A stretch of 64,000 bases of DNA, from the NCBI GenBank assembly GCA_963815215.1, contig CAWFFU010000003.1, positions 1,024,001-1,088,000 on the forward strand, in the 5' to 3' direction. The notes below the pieces were generated by a model, which did no database searches, was not told the origin of the DNA, and worked only from the letters and a program-made list of their open reading frames with translations. A program made the position numbers and the translations under genes. This DNA comes from an uncultured Trueperaceae bacterium (lineage in GTDB: Bacteria; Deinococcota; Deinococci; Deinococcales; Trueperaceae). Positions 56,620 through 64,000 of this stretch are shown here, piece after piece; positions within the stretch are counted from its first letter, which is position 1, and each line of letters starts with the position of its first letter.

Positions 56620-59346
56620 TCAGTAGACGAAGGGGTTCGGCTTGTCCGGATCGATGCCCAGCTCCCGACGCGCCTCCACGACCGCGGAAGGCTCGAGCGA
56701 GCCCTCCTGGGCCAGCGCCTGGAGCGTCGCCAGGACGATGTGCTTGGCATCGACCTCGAAGAAGTCGCGGAGCTCTTCACGGGCCTCGCTGCGCCCGAAC
56801 CCGTCGGTCCCGAGCGCAACGATGCCCTTCGGAACGTGACGCGCGAGCGCATCGGGCAGGATCTTCATGTAGTCGGAGGCGGCAACCAGCACGCCCTTGG
56901 CGTCCCGGAGCTGGCGCGCAACGAACGATTCGAGCGGCTCCTCGTCCGGGTGGAGCCGGTTGTGACGTTCCACCTCGAGGGCCTCGACGTGCAGCGCCTT
57001 GTACGAAGTGACGCTCCACACGTCGGTGGCGACCTTGTAGTCCTCCTCCAGGATGCGCGCCGCCTCGAGGGCCTCGTTCATGATCGAGCCGCTGCCCAGG
57101 AGTTGCGCGTGCAGCTTGCTGCGCTTGCGACCTGCCGGGCGGAAGAGGTAGAGCCCCTTGATGACGCCCTCCTCCAGCGCCTCACGGCTCAGGTGCTCGG
57201 GGGCTGCGGGCTGGGCGTAGTTCTCGTTGCCGACCGTGAGGTAGTAGAAGACATCGTCCTGCTCCTGGTACATCCGGCGCAGCCCCTCACGAACGAGGAT
57301 GGCGATCTCGTAGGCGAAGCTCGGGTCGTAGGCCAGCAGGTTGGGCACGGGGTAGGCGAGTACGTGAGAGTGCCCGTCCTGGTGCTGCAGGCCCTCGCCT
57401 GCGAGGGTGGTGCGCCCGGCCGTTCCGCCGATCAGGAACCCGCGCGCCCGGCTGTCGCCGGCGGCCCAGATCATGTCGCCGATGCGCTGGAAGCCGAACA
57501 TCGAGTAGTAGATGAAGAAGGGGACGGCGTTGACGCCGTAGTTCGCGTAGGCGGTCCCGGCGGCCAGGAACGACGCCATCGAGCCGGCCTCGGTGATGCC
57601 CTCCTCGAGGATCTGGCCGTCCCGCGACTCCTTGTAGTACAGCAGGTTCTCCCGGTCGACCGGCTCGTAGAGCTGACCGACGCTGGAATAGATGCCGATC
57701 TGCCGGAACAGCGCCTCCATGCCGAAGGTGCGCGCCTCGTCGGGCACGATCGGCACCACCAGCTTGCCCCAGGCCTCGTCGCGCAGCAGCTTGCGCAGGA
57801 TACTGACGAAGGCCATGGTGGTGGAGACCTCACGGCCATCGGTGCCCTGCATGAACTCTTCGAAGGCGTCGGCGGGAGGCGGGTCGAGAGGCTCGGACTT
57901 CGGCGAGCGGGCGGGCAGGAAGCCTCCCAGCTCCTCGCGACGCTCTAGCAGGTACCTCAGCTCGGGGCTATCCTCCTCGGGCCGGAAGAACGGGTACTGC
58001 GTGATCTCCTCGTCGGTGACCGGCAGCTCGAAGCGGTCGCGGAAGGCCTTCATCTGGTCCACGTCGAGTTTCTTCTGCTGGTGCGTGACGTTCTGCGCCT
58101 CGCCGGCCTCACCCATGCCGTAGCCCTTGACGGTCCGGAACAGGATGGCGGTAGGCGACCCCTCATGCTTCACCGCCCGCTGGAACGCGGCGTAGATCTT
58201 CACGGGATCGTGGCCGCCACGGTTGAGCTGCGCGATGTCGGCGTCGGTCCAGTCCTCGATGAGCTTCTTGAGCTCGGGGGTGTTGAAGAACCGGTCGCGA
58301 AGCTCCGGCGCTCCGAACGCCGCATAACGCTGCGACTCGCCGTCGACCATCTCCTCGAAGCGCCGGGCCAACGTGCCGTCGTGGTCGCGCGCCAGCAGCT
58401 CGTCCCACTTGCTGCCCCACGCCACCTTGATGACGTTCCAGCCCGCGCCCCGGAAGATGCCCTCGAGCTCCTGGATGATCTTGCCGTTGCCGTACACCGG
58501 GCCGTCGAGCCGCTGCAGGTTGCAGTTCACGACCCAGATGAGGTTGTCGAGCTTGTTGCGCGCCGCGATGCGGATCGCGCCCAGCGTCTCCACCTCGTCG
58601 GTCTCGCCGTCTCCGACGAAGGCCCAGACGCGTCCGTTGCCGCCGGGAAGCAGCCCGCGGTCCTCGAGATAGCGCCGGAAGCGCGCCTGGTAGATCGACG
58701 CCAGCGGGCCGATCCCCATCGACACGGTCGGGAAGGACCAGTAGTCGGGCATCAGCCACGGGTGCGGATAGGAGGAGAGGCCCGGCTCGTCCTGGAGTTC
58801 GCGACGGAAGTTGCGCATCGCCTCCACCGGGAAGCGCCCCTCCAGGAAGGAGCGCGCGTAGAAGCCCGGACTGGCGTGGCCCTGGAAGTAGACCAGGTCG
58901 GCGTCGGCGCCGGCCTTCGGACCGTGGAAGAAGTGGTTGAACCCCACCTCGTACAGGGTCGCGGCGGACGCGTAGGTGGCGATGTGCCCGCCGATGCCCG
59001 CCGAGACCTTGTTGGCCCGGACCACCATGGCCATGGCGTTCCAGCGGATCAGGTTGGTGATCCGCTCCTCGATCTCGAGATCGCCCGGATACTCCGGTTG
59101 CTCGTCCACGCTGATGGTGTTGATGTAGGGGGTGGTCGCGTTGTATGGGATCGGCACGCCGTGCTTGTAGGCGTGATGCTCCAGCATCTGCAGGATGTCC
59201 TTCACGCGATCGGCGCCGCCGCTGGCCAGCACGTAGTCGAGCGACTCGAGCCACTCACGCAGCTCTGTCTCGTTGAGCCGGCGTAGCTCGTCGGGCTCGA
59301 GCTGGGACCGATCGAGGTTGAGGAGTTCGTCCAGTACGTCCGTCAT
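56620..59346 (-). CDS. aceE: Pyruvate dehydrogenase E1, homodimeric type
   Basis: [48 protein letters not shown]. Confidence 0.97.
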   Translation of the reverse strand: MTDVLDELLNLDRSQLEPDELRRLNETELREWLESLDYVLASGGADRVKDILQMLEHHAYKHGVPIPYNATTPYINTISVDEQPEYPGDLEIEERITNLIRWNAMAMVVRANKVSAGIGGHIATYASAATLYEVGFNHFFHGPKAGADADLVYFQGHASPGFYARSFLEGRFPVEAMRNFRRELQDEPGLSSYPHPWLMPDYWSFPTVSMGIGPLASIYQARFRRYLEDRGLLPGGNGRVWAFVGDGETDEVETLGAIRIAARNKLDNLIWVVNCNLQRLDGPVYGNGKIIQELEGIFRGAGWNVIKVAWGSKWDELLARDHDGTLARRFEEMVDGESQRYAAFGAPELRDRFFNTPELKKLIEDWTDADIAQLNRGGHDPVKIYAAFQRAVKHEGSPTAILFRTVKGYGMGEAGEAQNVTHQQKKLDVDQMKAFRDRFELPVTDEEITQYPFFRPEEDSPELRYLLERREELGGFLPARSPKSEPLDPPPADAFEEFMQGTDGREVSTTMAFVSILRKLLRDEAWGKLVVPIVPDEARTFGMEALFRQIGIYSSVGQLYEPVDRENLLYYKESRDGQILEEGITEAGSMASFLAAGTAYANYGVNAVPFFIYYSMFGFQRIGDMIWAAGDSRARGFLIGGTAGRTTLAGEGLQHQDGHSHVLAYPVPNLLAYDPSFAYEIAILVREGLRRMYQEQDDVFYYLTVGNENYAQPAAPEHLSREALEEGVIKGLYLFRPAGRKRSKLHAQLLGSGSIMNEALEAARILEEDYKVATDVWSVTSYKALHVEALEVERHNRLHPDEEPLESFVARQLRDAKGVLVAASDYMKILPDALARHVPKGIVALGTDGFGRSEAREELRDFFEVDAKHIVLATLQALAQEGSLEPSAVVEARRELGIDPDKPNPFVY

Positions 59347-59535
59347 CGTCGTGGTGTCCTCTCTCGAGGTGGCGCCTTGCGCGTGGCGCCGCACTGCAGC
59401 TTGCGGTGCAATCGAGGGCCGGCTCGTTGGCCGGCGGCTTCGGGCCCCTATTGTACGCCCCAGCCACACCGCCGCCCGAAGGGGCAGGCTACGCCGCCAT
59501 AGGCCGTCGGCACCGGACCGCCTACGCCACCGAGC

Positions 59536-60249
59536 TCACGGAAGCCGCCGGAGGATGCCGCGCACCACCTGCTTGGCACGTGCCGCGGCGAGCGGCGTGA
59601 ACGTTCGGAAGTCCACCTCGGCATCGTGATCGGCGGTGTCGCTGATGCTCCTGATGATGACGAAGGGAACGCCCCACTTCGCACACACCTGGGCCGTAGC
59701 GGCACCTTCCATCTCGGCGCAGTCCGCCCCGAACGTCTCGCGCAACACCGCGACGCGCGCCGGATCGGCGACGAAGACGTCGCCCGACGCCACCCGCCCC
59801 AGCACCGCTGCGACCCCCTCGAGCTCGCCGGCGGAGGCGAGGGCCAACTCCGCCAGACGGGCGTCCGCCGGCCAGCTCCACGCCTCCCCCGGCACCTCGC
59901 CCAGCCGGTAGCCCAGAGCACGCACGTCCAGATCGTGCTGCACGGCATCCCTCGAGATCACCAGGTCGCCGACATGGAGGCCGGGCCGCACGGCCCCGGC
60001 AACTCCCGTGAAGAGCACCCGCGCCGCCCCGAGCGTGAGCACCGCCTGCGTCAGCGCGGCCGCGTTGACCTTACCGACGCCGCAGCGCGCCAGCGCCACG
60101 GCCCGGCCCTCGAGGCGCCCGAAGTGGACGGCGAAGGGGCCGAGCCGGCCTTCGCGCCGCTCCTCGAGGTCGGCGAGCAGCGCCTCGAGCTCTTCGTCCA
60201 TGGCGCCGATGACGGCGGTGACCCTCTCGGCATGAGCACGGTCCATCAT
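59536..60249 (-). CDS. mtnN: 5'-methylthioadenosine/S-adenosylhomocysteine nucleosidase
   Basis: IGAMDEE, GVGKVNAA, TGVAG, EMEGAA, RSISD. Confidence 0.95.
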   Translation of the reverse strand: MMDRAHAERVTAVIGAMDEELEALLADLEERREGRLGPFAVHFGRLEGRAVALARCGVGKVNAAALTQAVLTLGAARVLFTGVAGAVRPGLHVGDLVISRDAVQHDLDVRALGYRLGEVPGEAWSWPADARLAELALASAGELEGVAAVLGRVASGDVFVADPARVAVLRETFGADCAEMEGAATAQVCAKWGVPFVIIRSISDTADHDAEVDFRTFTPLAAARAKQVVRGILRRLP

Positions 60250-60256
60250 GGCTCGG

Positions 60257-60787
60257 CTACGCGGGGCTGTTGTAGAAGACCAGTCGGCCGAGGTAGGCGC
60301 CCGCCACCACGCCGGGCACCGCCAGGCCCATCATCAGCCAGTCCATGGTGAGTGCCGGCTCCACCAGCCGGGCGACCGACACACCCACCGCCAGGAGCAC
60401 CCCCGACACCAGCGTCATGAGCAGCGCCCGGCCGCCCCCGCGCCGCTCCAGGTAGAGCAAGGAGAAGTACCCGAAGAGCACGAAGAAGCCCGCCCCGGTG
60501 ACGCTGTTGAGCGTCGTCATGTCCTTGGCGGGAACGGCCGCCTGCAGCACGATGAAGAACACCGTCGCGATCATGAGCGCGCCGGAGAACCGCCCGGGCA
60601 GCCGCCTTCCGCGACCGGCCGAGGTCTTCGGGCTCGCGGCGGAGCTCTTCCCACCTTCCTTGCGTTGGGCGGTGCGGCCACGACGGACGTTCTGGATGCG
60701 AGCGCGGCGGGCGGCCCTCTTCCGAAGCTTCTCTTTCTGCGCCTTCTTGTCCTGCTTGGCCTGCTCGCGCCGGATCTGTCTATTCAT
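60257..60787 (-). CDS. Hypothetical membrane protein (basic N-terminus, four TM helices)
   Basis: TATGCT 7 nt before ATG; hydrophobic C-terminal half. Confidence 0.75.
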   Translation of the reverse strand: MNRQIRREQAKQDKKAQKEKLRKRAARRARIQNVRRGRTAQRKEGGKSSAASPKTSAGRGRRLPGRFSGALMIATVFFIVLQAAVPAKDMTTLNSVTGAGFFVLFGYFSLLYLERRGGGRALLMTLVSGVLLAVGVSVARLVEPALTMDWLMMGLAVPGVVAGAYLGRLVFYNSPA

Positions 60788-60873
60788 GGGGGACAGCATA
60801 GCCGTCCGCGGAGCTCCTCCCACGAGGTCGCGCCGACGTCCGGCTCGGGACCGTGCTAGCCTCAACTACCCGC

Positions 60874-62211
60874 ATGGACGACGCTCTCTTACGCACCATC
60901 GCCGAGCGCTTCGCGACACCCACCTACGTCTACGACCTCGCGCGTCTGCGGCACCAGCGCGAGAGCCTGCTTGCGGCCTTCCCCGGCGCCCGGCTGCTCT
61001 ACGCGGTCAAGGCCAATCCCAACGGAGCGGTGTTACGGGCCCTGGCCTCGCTCGGGGTGGGCGCCGAGGTGATCACCGTCGGCGAGCTCGAGCGCGCGGT
61101 TCGCGCCGGCATGGCGCCGGGCGACGTGCTGGTCGGCGGGCCGGCGCAGGACGCACGGCTGGTGCGGCGCGCGTCCGAGCTCGGCGTAGGCCTCGTCAGC
61201 CTCGATTCCGCCGGTCAGTGGCTGGGTTGGCAGGCGGCGAACGCGCCGGCGCCGCGCTTCCTGGTGCGGGTCAACCCGGGGCTGGACCCGGGCACGCACG
61301 AGCACCTGGCGACCGGCGCGGCGAGCTCCAAGTTCGGCCTCTCGCCCGCGGCCGCGCTGGCGCTCGCGCGCGCGGTCCATGCCGCCGGCAGGCTCGCCGG
61401 CTTCCACGTCCACGCCGGCTCGATGATCCGCGATGCCGGCGTCTACGACGCCATCCGGGAGGTTCTCGAGCCGCTCTACCGCGCCCTGCCGGGGCTCGAG
61501 CTGCTCGATCTAGGGGGGGGCTTCGCGGTGCCCGAGCCGCCGCTGGACGCGTTCGGCGAGCGCGCCACAGCGCTGGCCCGGTCGCTGGGAGCGCGACTAC
61601 TGCTCGAGCCAGGGCGCCACCTCGTGGCCGACGCCGGGACGCTCCTCACCCGGGTACTCCACGTCAAGCAGGACGGGCCCCGCCGGCACGTCATCGCGGA
61701 TGCCGGCATGGCCGACCTGCTCCGGCCCGCGCTCTACGGCGCCGAACACCCGATCCGCGTGGTGACGGCGGCGACCGAAGGACCCGCGGACGGCGCCGCG
61801 GTCAGCGGCGACCGGGGCGAGCTGCAGGCGGACGGCCCCGTCCTCAGCGACCTGGACGGTCCGTTGTGCGAGAACGCGGACCGGCTGGGCCGCGATCGAC
61901 GCCTGCCCGGCGTCCGCCCCGGTGCCCTGCTCGCGGTGGAGCTGGTGGGCGCGTACGGCTTCGCCATGGCCTCGAACTACGCCTCCAGCCTGCGTCCCGC
62001 CGAGGTCGTCGTCGACGCCGCCGGCGACGGTGCCGGCGATGCGGCCGGCGGCGAGCCCGGCGAGGCGCCCGGCGGTCCCCGCGTGCGGCTCGCGCGGCGC
62101 CGCGAGCGTCCAGACGATCTGTGGCGCCTGGAGGACGAGGCGGGCTCCTCCGAGGCGGGGTCCTCCGAGGCGGGCGATCCGGACGCAGGCGATCGTGCCG
62201 CACGGGCCTGA
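60874..62211 (+). CDS. lysA: Diaminopimelate decarboxylase-like group IV PLP decarboxylase
   Basis: YAVKAN, SKFG, HVHAGS, DLGGG, EPGR, GPLCENAD, GAYGFAMASNY. Confidence 0.88.
   Translation: MDDALLRTIAERFATPTYVYDLARLRHQRESLLAAFPGARLLYAVKANPNGAVLRALASLGVGAEVITVGELERAVRAGMAPGDVLVGGPAQDARLVRRASELGVGLVSLDSAGQWLGWQAANAPAPRFLVRVNPGLDPGTHEHLATGAASSKFGLSPAAALALARAVHAAGRLAGFHVHAGSMIRDAGVYDAIREVLEPLYRALPGLELLDLGGGFAVPEPPLDAFGERATALARSLGARLLLEPGRHLVADAGTLLTRVLHVKQDGPRRHVIADAGMADLLRPALYGAEHPIRVVTAATEGPADGAAVSGDRGELQADGPVLSDLDGPLCENADRLGRDRRLPGVRPGALLAVELVGAYGFAMASNYASSLRPAEVVVDAAGDGAGDAAGGEPGEAPGGPRVRLARRRERPDDLWRLEDEAGSSEAGSSEAGDPDAGDRAARA
62137..62193 (+). repeat. 15-bp tandem repeat in the lysA 3' end (EAGSS EAGSS EAGDP DAGD)
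   Basis: gaggcgggctcctcc gaggcggggtcctcc gaggcgggcgatccg gacgcaggcgat. Confidence 0.7.
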
Positions 62212-62368
62212 GCCGGCCGGACCGCCGCTGAGCGGCGGGCGCCGGCGCCGGCTGCCCGAACGCAGCGCCCTGCCGGGCCCGGGCCGCGCCGGTAGCACCC
62301 GCGCCGGCAGGGTTCGCGCTGCCTCGCGCGCCACCAAGGGTGCGGCGTCGCGGTTGCTAGACTGACGC

Positions 62369-63805
62369 ATGGAACCGCTGCAGAACGTCGAACGTCGCTT
62401 CCTGACCGACCGCTGGCAGGACTCCGGCGAGACCTACACCATCACCAATCCGGCCACCGGAGAGGCCGTGGCCGAGGTCGCCGACTGCGGCGCCGAGGAG
62501 GGCCGCGCCGCTGCGCAGGTCGCCTGGGACGCCTACCAGAGCTGGCGGCAGGTGAGCGCCTTCGAGCGCTCCGACGTGCTCATGCGCTGGCATGACGCCA
62601 TGATGGCCGACCAGGAACGGCTGGCGCGAACCATGAGCCAGGAGATGGGTAAGCCGCTCAGGGAGGCGCGTGGCGAGGTCGCCTATGCCGCCGGCTTCGT
62701 GCGCTGGTACGCTGAGGAAGCCAAGCGTGTCTACGGCGAGACGTTCCCCTCACATGTCGCCAACAAACGATTGATGGCGATCCGTCAGCCGGTCGGGCCG
62801 GTGTTCGGGATCACGCCCTGGAACTTCCCGCTGGCGATGGTGACCCGCAAGGCGGCGCCGGCGCTCGCGGCGGGTTGCACCTTCGTGCTCAAGCCCGCCG
62901 AGCAGACACCGCTTTCGGCGCTGCTGCTGGGCGAGCTGTGGGAGCGAGCGGGCGGTCCAGCCGGCACCCTGCAGGTACTCCCCGCGCTCGACCCGGTGCC
63001 GGTCTCCGACGCGCTGATGGAGGACCCGCGCATCCGCAAGCTGACCTTCACAGGCTCCACCGAGGTCGGGCGCATCCTCTACGGCAAGTCCGCACGGACT
63101 ATCAAGAAGCTCTCGCTGGAGCTCGGCGGCCACGCGCCCTACCTGGTGTTCGACGACGCCGACCTGGAGCGTGCCGTAGAACAGGTGATCGCCTGCAAGT
63201 ACCGCAATGCCGGCCAGACCTGCGTGTGCACCAACCGCATCTACGTGCACAAGGGCATCGCGGACGCGTTCGTGGAACGCTACGTGGCGGCCACGAACGA
63301 GCTGGTGGTAGGCGACCCCCTGCAGGACGCCACCGACATCGGTCCTCTGGTCGACGCCGCCGGCCTCGACAAGGTGCAGCAGCACGTTCAGGACGCACTC
63401 GCCAAGGGCGCCACGGTCGCCGCCGGCGGACGCGCGCTGCAGGGCCTGTACTTCGCACCCACCGTGCTCCTCGGCGTCACCGCCGACATGCAACTCATGC
63501 AGGAAGAGACGTTCGGTCCGGTCAGCCCCATCCTCACGTTCGAGCGCGACGAGGAAGCGGTGCGCGCGGCCAACGACACCCCCTACGGTCTGGCCGCCTA
63601 CATCTACACCAACGACCTGTCCCGCGCCTTCCGGGTCTCCGAAGCCCTCGAGTACGGCATCGTCGGTGTCAACGACGGGGTGCCCAGCGTTCCCTACGCG
63701 CCCTTCGGCGGCGTCAAGCAGTCCGGCCTGGGCCGCGAGGGCGGCCCGTGGGGCATCGAGGAGTACCTCGAGACCAAATTCATCTCCCTGGCGCTACCCC
63801 GCTGA
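62369..63805 (+). CDS. gabD: NAD(P)-dependent succinate-semialdehyde dehydrogenase
   Basis: TPWNFP, FTGST, LELGGHAP, NAGQTCVC, EETFGP, FGGVKQSGLGREG. Confidence 0.92.
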   Translation: MEPLQNVERRFLTDRWQDSGETYTITNPATGEAVAEVADCGAEEGRAAAQVAWDAYQSWRQVSAFERSDVLMRWHDAMMADQERLARTMSQEMGKPLREARGEVAYAAGFVRWYAEEAKRVYGETFPSHVANKRLMAIRQPVGPVFGITPWNFPLAMVTRKAAPALAAGCTFVLKPAEQTPLSALLLGELWERAGGPAGTLQVLPALDPVPVSDALMEDPRIRKLTFTGSTEVGRILYGKSARTIKKLSLELGGHAPYLVFDDADLERAVEQVIACKYRNAGQTCVCTNRIYVHKGIADAFVERYVAATNELVVGDPLQDATDIGPLVDAAGLDKVQQHVQDALAKGATVAAGGRALQGLYFAPTVLLGVTADMQLMQEETFGPVSPILTFERDEEAVRAANDTPYGLAAYIYTNDLSRAFRVSEALEYGIVGVNDGVPSVPYAPFGGVKQSGLGREGGPWGIEEYLETKFISLALPR

Positions 63806-63868
63806 CCGGCCCACGATCGTGGCGGCCACCGCATTGCCAGTGGCGCGCCTCGCGCGGTAGAAGGGGAC

Positions 63869-64000
63869 GTGAGCCGATCGCCGTACCGACCCGGGTGCGA
63901 CGCCCCGACACCGGATCTGGGCGCACGTGAGGTGCTGACCCTGGTGCTGCGGGCGCTCGCCGCCAACGATTCACCGCGGACCGACCACGGCATCGGCGTG
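63869..64000 (+). CDS. Start of a probable DUF4864-like protein (runs off window end)
   Basis: Open frame MSRSPY...PTPDLGAREVLTLVLRALAANDSPRTDHGIGV. Confidence 0.5.
   Translation, partial: MSRSPYRPGCDAPTPDLGAREVLTLVLRALAANDSPRTDHGIGV

Overview
High-GC chromosomal window, most likely from a Deinococcota bacterium (Trueperaceae-like; inferred from the AbxC-type bacilliredoxin, a stand-alone 16S gene and pervasive leaderless genes). It is mostly housekeeping: sucAB, aceEF, murI-rph-rdgB, glpX, hisF/hisIE, metB/metH/metF, a dpp/opp-type ABC importer, tmk, tag, panE, lptB, mtnN, lysA, gabD, tRNA-Ser(GGA) and a 16S rRNA gene with its own terminator. I saw no transposase, integrase, prophage or CRISPR array. 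The interesting signals are small and mostly missing from the ORF track. (1) Two tandem c-di-GMP-II-like riboswitches with readable expression platforms (first transcriptional, second translational, both predicted OFF) precede a secreted pilin-like gene. (2) A 48-aa lipoprotein with a W-x4-W-x4-W tail precedes a secreted tail-fibre-like protein. (3) A translationally coupled small ORF/SDR/QueA-like/MBL operon lies beside a Cys-containing GAF two-component system. (4) A near-consensus promoter with direct repeats drives a predicted ~40-nt RNA. (5) A CIRCE box precedes a cysteine-free FmdB/Ruc-like protein. (6) A gpsA copy has two clean in-frame deletions. All calls were made by eye; no searches were run.
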